From Cyanophora paradoxa CCMP329 (taxonomy: Eukaryota; Plantae; Glaucophyta): DNA of 64,000 nt. A model generated the notes under the pieces. The model was not told the origin of the DNA, did not search any database, and saw only the letters and a list, made by a program, of their open reading frames with translations. Positions within the stretch are counted from its first letter, which is position 1. Each line of letters opens with the position of its first letter. Below, piece after piece: positions 49,201-62,012 of the stretch. A program made the position numbers and the translations under genes. The DNA is taken from the NCBI GenBank assembly GCA_004431415.1, contig QPMI01000043.1:1-64000 (forward strand), given 5' to 3'.

Positions 49201-50725
49201 GACGGCCTCCTCGTAGGCCCGCTCCAGCGGCCCCAGGCGCCCCTCCAGCTTCGAGAGCGCGTCCCGCAGCGCCAGCCGCTTCTCCTCCGCATCCCCCGCC
49301 TGCCGCGCCGCCGCCTCCCGCTGCGTCTCCGACTGCTGCAGCCGCCCCTCCACCGTCGAGAGCTGCGCGCGGCGCTCAGCGGAGCGCGGCGGGGCGCCGG
49401 CGCGCTGGCGGGCGGGGGGGGGGCGGGCCTGGTTGAGGAGGCGCGAGTTGGCGGCCTCGACCTGCATGCGCCGCGACTCCTCGCGCTGGAGGACGCGCTC
49501 CGTCTGGCCCACCTTGTCCGTCAGCGCCGCGTTCGAGCGGCTCACCGCCTGCGAGCCCGCCCCGCCCCTCGGAAAACGGCGACGCGGGGCCGGGCGGCGG
49601 GGCTGGAGGGGGCGCGGGCGCGGACCTCGATCTGCATGCGGAGGTTCTCCTTCTCGCCCTGGAGGAAGAGGATGCGGCGGTCCGCCTCGTCCAGCGACGC
49701 CCGCAGCGCCTCCACAGCCGACGCCGCCGCCGACGCCGCCTCCGCCACGCCACTCTCCGCCGCCCCCGCCGCCGCCTCGTCGCCCGTCCCCGGGCCGCTC
49801 AGCAGGCCCTGCGCCGCCCGCTCCCGCAGCTCGGCGATGAGCTCCTGGGCCCGGCTGCGCCGCGCGGCCGCCCGCTTCGCCGCGATCTGCAGCAGCTCGC
49901 TGCTCGGCTCCGCGGTCGTCCCGGTGATCCTGCGCTCCGCGGCTCGCTCCCGCGCCGGGGCGGCGGCCGCGGTGTGCGGGGCGGCGCACCGGTCGGCCCA
50001 CGTGCGCATCTTGTCCTTCCAGCTGTCGACGTTGATGCCCATCGGGCCGCGGCGGGAGGTCCACGTCTCCTTGCCGTAGCCGTCGGACAGCTCCTTCAGC
50101 GAGTCGGTCAAGAGCGCCGCGTAGCTCATAACCGTCACCGTCGCCAGCGTCCCGAACCTGATTTCCCGGCGGCAAAGTGAGCCGTGGGCGCGGGGGGCGC
50201 CGCGCGGACCGCACCCCTCCGGCTCGGCCCACCAGCGCCGAATCGTCCCTGCGACCGGAGTTACGGGAATCCAGAGGGCTCCAGCCAGTCATTGGACGCA
50301 CGTGTTGTGTTGCGGAGGGCGAGCCACATGCCGTCGAGCTCGCTTGTCTCGGAGATCTGCCGCCAATCTCAAATCACTGGCGGCGGCAAAAAGGGGGGCC
50401 GGCGCACGTCGGCTGGCAGCGACGGAATATCATAGTCCGGCCGTTCAACATCGCAGCGGACGCTGAACTGAGGCCCGGCGGCGAAGGAGCGCGACGTGTG
50501 CTCGGCGCCCAAGCGGAGCCGCCGCCGGGAAAGATTCCATCCGTGTACTGTGCGTCGCCGCGGGCGAACGACGCGGAGAGACGCCGCCTGACTGCCAGAG
50601 CGGAGGGTCGAGAAGCTGCTTGCCTCGCTCACGGCCAAGGACGGCGCGGAATCGTCGGTCCGTGCCGCCCCCGTCGCTGAGGCTGTCAGAAACGCCGGCA
50701 GGCTGCCTTCCCGCGGCCTGCTCAT
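46227..50725 (-). CDS. Long Ala/Glu/Arg-rich coiled-coil protein with internal repeats of about 52 aa and a C-terminal C2HC zinc finger
   Basis: Repeated AEGERDAL..L.AAE...ARGRLAEGE units; ends CPFCGRTFKNAKVHITRWCSENP...DSLDA*; apparent frameshift near 47510; start uncertain. Confidence 0.7.
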
Positions 50726-51233
50726 CGAACCACTGTTATCCTTCGAACAAGTCTTACCCCCCCCCCCTTCCCCCCCCGGGTCGCGCCCTTCTCCTCGCTT
50801 CCACCTTCGGGCCAGCCGCATGCGCATCCAGCGCTCCAATCGTCGTCCTCCGCATGTTACCGCGCTTCTGCCCTCTAGATCTATGCTCGCCTGCCTCTAG
50901 ATTTGGCCCTAGGCCGCCGCATCAAATTGATCCTGGCGCGCTGGCTCCACCTTCTCGTCGCCGAACGCTTGCGCATTAGCTGGTGCAGCGACGTGGTGGG
51001 GCGACGGCGCGGATGATGGGTGGCTTGGCTTGTCGGCACGATGGGAGATATCACGTAATACTGTGAACTGCAAATCCTACCTAATCTGTACGGCTATGCT
51101 CGGAGTCTGTCAAACAGCAAGAAGGAAAAGTACATCGAGGCCTGCAGCGATGCGCAGCACACTCGCTTGGGCGGAACTGGCCGGGCGCGAGCGGAGCTAG
51201 GACGGCGGAACAAAAACGCTCGGTACGATCCTG

Positions 51234-51848
51234 CTAATTAGCGTGGACGCCGTTCAGGGGGTGCCCGCGGGCAGGTGGACCTCGTCCGCGACGTAGCCCT
51301 TCGGCGTGTTCTTGTACGAGAACTCGACAAACTCGCCGTCGCGCAGGGAGCGGTAGCCGGGCAGCTGCGGACGCGGCGGGCGTCAGGGGGGACGGCGAGA
51401 CCGTATTTCGCTGGCATTCAGCGAGCGTATGCAAGGGCACGTCGCCGCACAAACCTGGATGGCGGTGAAGTGCACGAACTGGGGCCGCACGAGCGGGGAA
51501 AAAGGGGCGAAGCGTCAGGAGGCGGTGCTTTCGCTCAACGACACTAGCGCACCACCTCCTTGCTCGGCTCCTCATCAGGAACGAGGAAGCCGTAGCCCTT
51601 CTTGCCCTGCGCAAGGGTCGACGCGATCAGCCGGCGCGGCGAGGGCGGAGGGCCAAGCGGCGTCATTCACGCACCGAAAACCACTTCACCTTGCCCTGCG
51701 CGAAATGGATAGACGGGGAGGCACAACCGAGCTTGCGTCAGTGGGAGGCGGGCGACCGGCGTGCATGCGGGCGAACCTTGACCCTCTGCCCCGCACCGCC
51801 GGCGGCAGAGGCTGTGTTGCGAAGGGCGATGGCGAAGGATTTCAACAT
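51234..51848 (-). CDS. Small single cold-shock-domain protein with N-terminal targeting-like peptide
   Basis: Five exons: MLKSFAIALRNTASAAGGAGQRVK|GKVKWFS|GKKGYGFLVPDEEPSKEV|FVHFTAIQ|LPGYRSLRDGEFVEF...HAN*; RNP1 and RNP2 intact. Confidence 0.9.
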
Positions 51849-52048
51849 GTTTACAAGAAAGCTAGGCCTGGATGTCCTGACGTCGGTACCCCCCCCTCCC
51901 GAGCATCCAGGCCCTTTTCCGGCACTCGCACGGGGTCTGGCGCGTTCAACGATCGAGGAAAGCTGCACGTGACTGCAGAACGTCCTTCGGCATGCCGCGT
52001 TAACCAGCTCGGTGTTTTACCTTTGCCCGGACCTTCGGCGTGTCTACG

Positions 52049-55000
52049 ATGAGCGAAGAGCGGTCCGCGAAGAGGCCTCGTCCCGATGCCGATGCTTCGT
52101 CGGGGTCGGGGCCCCTCCCGGTGCTTATTTCCGAGTGCCTTTCCTGCAACGCCTCCCCCGCTCACTGGCGCTCCTCACACAGATGGATGTCACGGTTCTG
52201 CAACACCAGAACAAGATGCTCGCCCAGCGGCTCAGCGAATACAAGCGCGATGCCGCCGAGCTGGAGCGCAAGAATGCGAACCTCACCGCGCGGCAGCTCG
52301 CGTTCGACACGCACATGAGCGTGGTGAATCGCTATTGGCACATGGTGCACTCGTTATTTGTATCGTCGGTTGCCCTGCTGGAGCCCTGAACGGGATCGCG
52401 CAGTTGAATGAGAACCTGTCGGTCATCCTCGCGCGGATCAGCCCTACGCCGCTCCCTTCCGCCGAGCGTGCGTGAATATGCACGCATTATGCATGCATCT
52501 GCGCCCGCCCACGTTCTGTGCAGCGGAGATTAAGACAGAGGATTCGAAAACACCCATCCCTTTCATGCAGCGTCTGCTGGACCTAGACCGACCTATCGAA
52601 CAAGAGGACTTAGAACAGCGGCTACATCTCCGATGCGAGTTCACCGCCGCGACCCTGGGTCAGATCGTCGATGTGCTCGAGAGGCAAGAGAAGAAGTTCC
52701 AGGACCTCTTCGCCATGTTCAGAAACGAAACGGGTTTGCATTTTCCCTTCCTCTCTCCTTGAACGCTGCTGAGAGTCGTATCGCGCGTACAGATCCCGCG
52801 AAGAAGGGCGACTTGATCTGGCAGGCCATCCAGCACGACAACCAAGCGCTGCGCGAGGCCCACGAGCGGAACAAGGTCCGTTTTCCTTTCTTTTCCCTTG
52901 TCGAAGGGCCTGGCGTCGATCGCCCACGCGCAGGTGGTCATGGACACGCTGCAAGTCCGCCACCACAACATCATGGTTGAGATCAAGGAGCAGCAGGACA
53001 CGAACATCTTCTCCAAGCAGCGCCTCGCGGAGCTCGAAACCGATAACGAGCGCCTGCGCAACGATTTCGTCACCGTCGACCGGAGGCTCGGTCCGTGCCC
53101 CGCGCCCCGCCCTCCCCGCCGCTCCGCCGACGACCTCCGGGCGTGCAGCCAAGCTGCAGGATCAAATCGAAAAGCAAAGACAGACCATTCTCGCCGCGGA
53201 GGAAGAGAAGAGCAAGGCCGCGCAAGCGTCCTCGTCGCAGGGCCAGGCCCCCTCGGTGCGGGACTCTGCCGCGACGCCTGGGCGCGCGAACACGTGCCGG
53301 CAGCTGACGGCGAGTCGCAGCCGCCGCCGGCGTCGGGATCTGGGCAGGCGGCGAACGGCCCGACGGTGGAGAAGAGCGAGCTGGAGATCGCGGAGGCGAC
53401 GGCGAAGGCGCGGCTCGAGGAGATCGAGCGCCTGCGGGAGCAGAAGGTTGTCCTCGAGCAGGAGCTGCAGCGCCTCAAGACGCAGGCCGTCGTCGCCAGC
53501 GACGAGGCCGTCAGCAAGGCGCCCAAGTTTCTGGCCCTCTTCCAGCACTTCCAGGCGCGACCCGGCCCCGCCCGCCGCGCGCCCCGCAGCCGGCGCCGGC
53601 TTCCCGGAGCGAGCCTCGCCCGCCCGCAGATCCAGGGGACGGAGAAGGAGCAGATGCGGAGCGCGGTGAGCGCGCTCACGCGGGACCTGACGGACCTGCG
53701 CGAGTCCTCCGCCGCCGAGCTCGAGCGCCTCACCGTGCGCCCCGCGCGCCGCCTGCGCCCGCTCCTCGACGCCGCCGCCGGGGCCGATGGGGCGCACCGG
53801 GCAGGAGTCGGAGCGGGAGAAGCGGGAGCTGCTCGACGGCAAGCTGCGAGAGGCGGAGCGGGAGCTGGCGAGGCTGCGGGGCGAGCGGGAGGAGCTCAAT
53901 CTGAAGGTCCTGCAGCTGCAGAAGGGCGCGGGGCAGGGCGGCGGCATCAAGCGCGAGGACCTCGTCCTCTTGGAGCGCAACCTCCAGTCCCAGAACAGGA
54001 AGCTCATCCGGCAGGCGAGCGCTGCCGTCCTTCCCGGCCCGCCGCCCACGCCCGCTGACGCATTCTGGCCCGCAGGTGGCGGATCTGAAGCAGAAGCTGG
54101 AGGAGAAGGACGCGCAGAAGGAGGCCGAGTTCAGCGAGCGCCTCGGGGCGAGGGTGCGCGCCTCTTGCCGCCGCTCCGCGCCTGTCCGTCGAGGAGGGCG
54201 CGGCGCCGAGCCCAGCCGTCCGCAGAGCGTCGAGGTGAAGGAGCTGCAGGAGAAGCTGGCGCGGGCGCAGGAGCGCGTGAAGCAGCTCGAGACCGGGAGC
54301 AGCAGTGCGCGCATCCGGCCGGCTCGCGCCTCGGGCACGGGGCGCGCCCGCTGATCGGCCGGGGCCGGCAGGCGGCGCGGGGGCGCAGGCGTCGCCGCGG
54401 GGCGAGGAGGGCCCGAAGACGGCGGAGGAGCTGCAGACGGCGCTGCGGAAGCGGGAGGTGCAGCTGGCCAAGGCGGAGAAGGGCCTGGGGGAGGTGCGGG
54501 CGCAGCTGGAGGCGGCCAAGGCGGAGCAGGAGGCCGTGCTCGCAGAGCTCGAGGCCGTCTCCAAGGAGTTCGAGCTGCTGCAGGACCAGAACCTGCGCCT
54601 CGCCAAGGAGCTGACGGAGAAGGACGACGCCAACACGCAGCTCATCGCGGAGCGGATCAAGGCGAACCAGCAGCAGGCGGCCGTCGCGGCGGAGCGGGAC
54701 GCGCTCGCGCGCAAGGTGGCCGCGCTGGAGGAGGCGCACACGGCGCAGGGGGAGCAGCTGGCGAAGGTGGAGGCGCGCGTGGGGACGATCGCGGAGCACG
54801 CGGCGCGGGCGGGCGAGGAGGCGCGCACGAGCGTCGCCCTCGTCGAGGCCCTCAAGCGCGCCGGCCGCGACGCCCAGAAGGAGGCCGCCGACGCCAAGGC
54901 CCGCCCCTCCGCCCCCGCGCACCTCGTCCCGCCCTGCCCGCCGGCTGACGGCGGGCCGGGGCAGACGGAGGCGGAGGGGGCGCGGCAGCAGCTGGCGGAC

Positions 55001-55425
55001 GTGCAGCGGCGGCTGGACGAGAAGATCGCGGAGCTGGAGGTGGTGGACCACCAGCGCAAGCGCGCCAGCGAGGAGCTCGCCGCCTCCAAGCGCCGCCTCG
55101 AGAAGGAGCTCGAGCGCCGCAAGGAGCGCGAGCGCGGCGGCGGGCGCGACGGCGAGCTCGAGGAGCTCATGCAGGAGGAGCTCCGCGTCACCAAGGAGAA
55201 GCTCAAGTGCTCGGTGTGCCACCTGCGCCCCAAGGAGGTCATCATCGCCCGCTGCTTCCACATGTTCTGCCAGCACTGCATCCAGAAGGCGCGCCCCGCC
55301 CCTCCACCCCCTCGCCCTGCTCCCCCTGACGCCCCCCGCAGTCGCTGCAGGTGCGCAACCGGAAGTGCCCGGCCTGCGGCGAGAAGTACGGCGGCGAGTC
55401 CGACATCCACAACATCTACCTGTAG
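52049..55425 (+). CDS. BRE1: Histone H2B E3 ubiquitin ligase BRE1/HUB
   Basis: MDVTVLQHQNKMLAQRL, ELLQDQNLRLAKELTEKDDANTQLIAERIKA, C-terminal RING KCSVCHLRPKEVIIARCFHMFCQHCIQK|SLQVRNRKCPAC; 14 introns. Confidence 0.95.
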
Positions 55426-55685
55426 CCCCCCGCGTCGCGCCCCCTCCCGCCCCGCGGCCTCCTCGCCCCCTTGCCCCCCTTGCCTCTCCCACAGCCCCGC
55501 CGACGTCGACGCGCCCTTAGTTCTCGCCCCCGGCCCCCGCCAACCCCACGTGCCTGCCACCCCGCCTCCCGCGCCGCACCCTTGTCCCCTCCCCCCCGCC
55601 CCGCGCGCTGCGGCCCCGCGCCAATTTTGGTCAGCAATGCGAAGTATTCTTGATCCGAGAGGGGGAGGGGCGTCGGGGCGGGGGG

Positions 55686-58600
55686 CTAGAAGTCGGAGGA
55701 GGCGACGGCGGAGAAGAGGCCGGCGACGCGGGCGCAGAGGAGCTCGGCCTCGACGACGCTCGCCGGCGGCTTCCCCGCCACGTCCTTCTCCGCCCGCTCG
55801 AAGCGCCGCCGCAGCCGCGAGGCCGCCGACGCCGCCGCCGCCTGCCGGTCCACGTGCGCCGGCAGCGGCCCCGCCCCGCGCCGCCGGCGCCGGCCGCCTC
55901 CTCGAGGACGGCGGCGCCCGACTCGAGGCGGAGGCGCGGGCCTCGACGAGGCCCTCGGCGAGGGCGAGGCGGCGCGCGAGGAGCCGCCGCACCGCCTCGC
56001 CCCAGTCCCGCTCCGACGAGACGAAGGCCCCGTCCGCTCGCACGCCGCCACGAACGCCGCCCGCCCGATCCGCTCCCCCTCCCCCGCCGCCTCCGGCGAC
56101 GCGTTCAGAGTGCTCGCCCGCCGCGCCTCGGCCATCAGGCGCGCCCCTCCGCCAGGATCGCCTCCGGCGGCACGGCCGGCGCGGCGGGGCGGCCCGCGAC
56201 GGCCCCGCCCCGCCGCGTGCGTGGCGGCCGAGCGGGCGGAGGGCGCCGGGGAGGGGACCGCCGAGCCGGCCCGCCCAGCCCGGGGCCGCTCCGCCCGGGG
56301 CGAAGACGAAGGCGCCGCCGCCGCCGCCGGCCGCCCCGGCGCCGAGGTCGGCGGGGCGCCCCGCGGGGGCGGGCGCGAGGAGGCGGGCCCGCGGCGGCGG
56401 AGGCGGCGGCGGAGGCGGCGAGGGTGAAGGCGCCGGCGCACGCCTCGAGGTCCTCCCGCGTCGCCCGCCCTGCGCGCCGCGTCGGGGGCCGGGGGAGGCG
56501 GGGCGGGCGTCCAGTCAGGCGGGCAATCCAGCGCGCAGAGAAGAAAGCGAGGGGGCGGAGGGGAGGGGTGGGCGGGGCGGACCGTCGCCGTCGAGGTCGG
56601 CGGCGTCGAAGAGGGCGGCGAGGGCGCGGCGGCGGCGGGCGCGCTCCTCGGGCGCCGCCGCCGCCACCGCCTCCAGCACGTCGTCCGCCAGCAGCCGCCT
56701 GCGCCCCGCCCCGCCTCAGCGGCGCGCCCGGGCACGCGGCCGGCCCGGCGCACGGGGCGCTGGTGCGCGGGTCGGCGAGGGCGCGCGGGAGGAGGCCGGC
56801 GAGAGCGCGGGCGGCGGCGTCGGGCCGGCGAGGGCCCCCAGGCGCATCTGGAGCACCGCCTCCGCCCGCGGGATCGACACGTAGCTGCGCGCGGCGGCGG
56901 CGGCGGCGGCGGCGTCGGCGTCGGGGGAGGGCGGGGGAGCTCACAGCGCGCCCATGGCGGGCGGGCGGGGGCGGACCTGTTGCCGTCGGGGTCGTCGGGG
57001 AGGAGGGGCCCGACGGGGCAGGCCTGGAGGGCGGCGAGGGCGCCGAGGTACGCGTCGAGGGCCTCCGGCGGCGCCGCGGGGGCCGCCGTTTGGCCCTCCC
57101 CGCGATCCCAGGAAGCGCGCGAAGGCGGCGAGGCGGGCGGAGCTGAGGCGCGCGGCGCGCGGGCCCCCGCCGGGCGCCCCGGGGTCCATCCAGTGCCGCA
57201 CGCTCCGTACCAGCGAGGCGAGCTTCTGCGAGGCGGGCGGGCGGGGGCGTGAGAGGGCTCGGGGGCGGGGGCGGGGCGGGGGTCGGGGGCGGGCGCGCGG
57301 CCTGGGCGGCGTCGGGGACGCCGAACTTGGTGAGGAAGTACTCCCAGACGAAGGTCCAGAGGTCGGCGCGGGGCGCCCCGTCGGCATCGTCGAGGGCGTC
57401 GGCGGCAACCTTCTCGTGCAGCAGCGCCGTCACCGCCCGCACCGCCGCCCGCTTCGGCATCAGCCGCCCCTGCTCCCCGAGGCCGCGCCCAGGCCGCCCG
57501 GGGGGGCCCGCCGCCGGCCCCCCGCGGGGCGCCGGCAGGGGCTCGGGGAAGGCGTCGGGCTCGCCGCTCGAGGCCACCGACTGCGCGCTCCGCGGCCGCG
57601 ACGGCGCCGCCGACGCCGGCCGCGAGAGCCCCGCCGACGTCGGCCGCGATCCGGGCCCCGCCGGCGCCTGTTGCGCCGAGGACGGCCGCGACCCGGCGGC
57701 CGGCTGCGGGCCCCGCGGGGCGGTGGCAGTGGCGGTGGCGGTGGGGGCGGGGCGGGGGCGGCGGGAGGGGTCTGCGGGCGGCCGAAGGAAGAAGGGACGG
57801 GGTCCGGTGAGGGGAGGGGGCGGTGGAGGGTACGCCTCGGGCGGGGCGGCCGCGGCGTACATGCCGGCGACGCCGGCGGGGGCGGCGGGGCGAAGTCGGA
57901 GTGGGGCGAGAGGAGCGCCGCGGGGCTGCGGCCGCCGGACGCCGAGCCCGAGCCCGGCCAGCTAGACGCCGAGCCCGAGCCCGGCCGGCCGGATGCAGAG
58001 CCCGAGCCCGGACGGCTGGGGCCGAAGGCCGGGCCCAGCGCGGGGGAAGGAGAGGCCGGGGAAGATGGGGACGCAGGGCGGGCCTCGCGGGGCGAGGCGG
58101 GGCCCGGGGCCGGGGCGCGGGGCGAGGCGGAGGCCGAGGCGGGGCCCAAGGCGGACTCGGGGGCGGAGGCGGAGGCGGGACGGGGAGGCGCCCCGCGGCG
58201 GGCGGGGCGGGTGGCGCCGCCGGGGTCTCCTCCCAGAGCTCGTACCCCGCGGCGGCCGGCGGCGGCGCGAGCGGAGCCGGAGCGAGCGGGGCGGTAGAGG
58301 CTGGGGCGGAGGCGGCGGGTGCGGGCGGGGGCGACAGGGAGGAGCGGCGCTGCATGGCGGGGGCGGAGGCGGGTGCGGGGGCGTGGGGCGGGGGCGCCTC
58401 GCCGCCGGACGCGGCTGCCTCCTCGCCGGAGGCCTCCTCGAGGGCCTCGGCGAGGAAGCCGGCGGAGGAGGGCGGCGGGGGCAGCGCCGCGGAGCTCGGG
58501 CGCCGCGGGCCCGTTCCGGCGAGCAGCTGCGCGAGGTCGGGCGGCGCGCTCGCCAGCGCCCGCACGGACGAGCGGCGGCGCCCCGGGGGGCCGCCGAGCG

Positions 58601-61600
58601 GGGGCGCGCCGGCGGCGGAGGAGCGGCGGCGGGCGGCGATGCCGAGGCCGAGGGCGGGGCGGGGGCGGCGGGGAGCGGGGCCCAGGGGTCGCCGGCGAGG
58701 TGCGCCTCGAGGGCGGCCTCGGCGCGCGCCATCTCCGCCTCCGCCGCGTGCTCCTCCCCCTGCGCCTCCCGCAGCTCCCGCTGCAGCCGCGCCTCCTGCT
58801 CCCGCCACTTCTTCTCCGCCTCCGCCGCCCGCCGCCGCTTCTCCTCCGCCGCCTTCTTCAGGTAGTTGAGCTGGGCCTGCAGGGAGCGCCCGGCGGCCTC
58901 GCGCTCGCCCTTGCGGCGCGCGCGCTCGCCCTCCTCGCGCTCGTACTTGTCCATCTCGGCGTTGAGGCGCTGGAGCGCCAGCGAGGCCTCCGTCTCCACC
59001 GCGCGGTCCCGCGGCGCCCCCGTCTCCGTCTGCGTTCCCGCGCCCGCGTGATCGCCTCCCGCGCCGCCCCGCCGCCCGCCCCGCCCCCGCCCCCGCCGCG
59101 CCCCCGCCCCCTCGCCCTCCCGGCCACGCGGCGCGCCGCCGTGCGCCGGGGGCGGGCGGCGCGGGCGCGCTCGGCCTCCTCGGGGGCTCCTCGCCGGGGA
59201 GGGGCGGCGGGGGCCCGAAGGTGACGGTGCGGCCCTCGGCAGCGGCGGCGGCCTCGTCGGCCCCGCGGCGGCGGCGGCGGCGAGGGCGTGGGCCTCGGCG
59301 AGGGAGCCGCCGCCGAGGGCGCACTGGACGTCCTTGTCGAGGCGGCGCGCCGGCAGCAGCCGCACCTTCGCCTCCTGCAGCGACAGGCTCGCGTCCCGGT
59401 ACGCGTCCGCCATCTCCGACGCGCTCCTGCCCGCCCCGCGCGTGAGGGGAGGCGCCGCGCACGGCGTCGCGCAGCCTCGCGGGGCGCAGCGCGGGGCGGA
59501 CCGGGTGGCGGTCTGGAGGCCCCGCGCGAGCTCCCCCTCGATGTCCGCCATCTCGAGCTCCAGCTCTGCCGCCCCCGCCGCCGGGTCAGGCCGGAGGCGC
59601 CCCGTCGGGGAGGGAAGTGCGCCGCGGGGCGGGGCGGGGCGGGGCGGGGCGGACCGACGCCACGGGAGTCGGCGAAGATGCGGCGGTAGGCCTGCTCGAG
59701 GGCGTCGGCGCGGCGCACGCGCTCCCCGAACTCCTCCTCCACGCTCCGCCGCAGCGCCCGCGAGAGCTCCTGCAACGAGGCCGCCCCGTCAGCGGCGCGC
59801 GGGGCGCAGCGGAGGGCCCCCCTGAGGGAGGCCTGCCTCTGGCGCCAGGTACGCGATCTCGGGCATGGGCGGCGGCTGGTGGGACTGCCTGCGGCCGCCG
59901 GGCCCCGGGCGCCGCCGCCGCCTCCCGCGGCGGGGGCGGCGGAGGCGGCGAGGGAGGCGCGGTGGGCGGCGGCGGCGAGCTCCTCGGCGTGCTTCACGCG
60001 GAGGCCCTCCGAGAAGGCCTCCTCCGCCCCCGTCGCCGTCGGCAGGCTCGCCGTGAACACCGGCCCGGCCCCCGCGCCGCCCCGCCCTTGGCCCGCCCGG
60101 CGGCCTGCACGTGCACGTGGCGGCCCTCCCCGCCCCGCCCCCGCCTGCGCCGACGTCAGAAAGAGTCGGCCGGCGGGAGGGGAGCGGGCGGGCGCGCGTG
60201 GATCTCGGCCCAGGGGTCCTCGTTGGCGACGGCGGCGACGGCGGCGGCGGAGCGGGCCGAGTCGGCGGGGCCCGTGCGCCCGCTTCCGCTCCCGCTCGTC
60301 ATCGACTCCGCCCGCACGCTCCCCGACTCCGTCGTTCCCTCCGACGCCGCCGCCGCGCCCCCCGCGCCCTCCGCCCCGCCCCGCCCCGCCCAGGCCTCGA
60401 GGGCGGCACGGCCGGCCCGCCTCCGCCCTCGCCCCCTCGGCCCGCCGGCCCGCCGGAGGGCCCCCGCGGCGCTCCCGAGGAACGCCTCCGTCAGCCGCGT
60501 GTTCTTCGCCTGCAAAAGCGCGTTCTGCTCCCCGACTGCCCCCGCCGAGAGCCCGTCGGCGAGGCGAAGGCGGGGGCGCGGGGCGCGGGGGGGCGCACGG
60601 CGCTTGAGCTCGGCGGCGGAGATGTCGGAGGCGAGGCGGTGCAGCTCCGCCATGCGCTCGAGCAGCGCCGCGTAGCTCCGCCACAACCGCCCCAGCAGCC
60701 GCGCCCGCGCTCGGGGCGGCCCCCCGGCGGCGGCCCCCGCGGCGGGGTCCGAGGCGAGCAGCTGGGCGCAGAGCTGGTGGGAGGCGACGTGGAGCAGGCG
60801 GCCGGCCGCGACGGCCGCCTCCGCGGGGTCCGCCCCCTTCTGCACCGCCCCGCCGTACTCCGAGACGAGCGACTGCAGGGCGCCCGAGAGCCAGCGGTCT
60901 GCCGCGGGGCCCGCGAGCTGAGTCGAGGGGGCGAGCGGGGCCGGGGCGGGGGCGCGGTACCGGTCTCGGCGGGGTCCTGGGAGAGGGCGGGGGAGAGGAC
61001 GGAGGAGAGGTAGCCCGGGGCGAGGTCGGCGGGGAGCACGCCGGGCTCCTCCACCTCCATCGCCGCCAGGTCCAGCACGTACCCCAGGCTATGGTACCTG
61101 GGAGGGGGGGGATGAACGACTGGGGGGTGCGGAGACGGGGAGGGCGGAGGGGCGCACTCGGCGCCGGAGGCGGCGTGGCGTTCGATGGCGGCGGCGAGCT
61201 CGGGCCGCTCGGGGGCCGCCAGGCGGGAGGCCGAGGCCGACGAGGCGAGCCGCACGGCGCTCCCGCGAAGTGCTGCGGCGAGGCCGGCGCCCCCGCGGCC
61301 CCGCGCCGCGGCTGCTGCTGCTGCGGGCCGGCCGAGGCGGGGCGCCCCCCTGGGCGCGCGCCGGCGGCGCCGAGCGGACGCGGGTCATGCCGCGGGGGCC
61401 GGCCGCGATCCGGGCAGCCGCCTCCAGAAGCTTTCCGCCGGCGAAGGCGTGCACGGGGCTCGCGGGCCGCGCCGCGGGGGCGGCCTTCTTGGGCGGGGCG
61501 GTGGTGGGGCGGGAGGGCGGGGCCGAGGGCGGAGAGGAGGGCGAGGGCGCCTCCCCCCCGTGCGCTTCGAAAGAGTCGATGTCGCCCTGCTCCTCGAGCA

Positions 61601-62012
61601 GCGAGCCGCCCAGCACGTCGGCCACCGAGAGGCGCCGCCCGCGCCGCTCAGCCAGGCTCGGAACGCTCACGCTCCCGTGCATGCCGGCGGGGAGGGACGA
61701 AGCCGACACGGAGCCATAGCTCATCCGGCTCATCGCCGAGAGGGGCCGCGTCTGCCCCGGAGCCGCCGAGCGCGGGCGCATAAGGTGCGCCGCCGAGGCG
61801 CCCGACGCCGAGGACATGGGCGAGGGCGGGTCGCCGCCCACGAAGTTGTGGAGCAGGGCCTTCTCGAGCTCCCTTCGCCGGTCCCGCGCGTGCAGGATCT
61901 GCAGGCGCGCCATGTCGTGCACGTCCTCGCTGTCCGTCTCCCACCGCGAGTAGAAGAGGGCGAGCGGACCGCTGCCCTCGGGCGGTCGAGCGGGAGCTCC
62001 TTTCGCCGCCAT
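55686..62012 (-). CDS. Large low-complexity/coiled-coil protein, possibly ciliary; exon structure only partly resolved and may be more than one gene
   Basis: Coding-like exons with splice signals. Segments LLHVASHQLCAQL...RARLLGRLWRSYAALLE (reminiscent of p28/AXDND1) and LLHEKVAADALDD...LWTFVWEYFLTKFGVPDAAQ (reminiscent of TSNAXIP1-like proteins). Confidence 0.5.
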
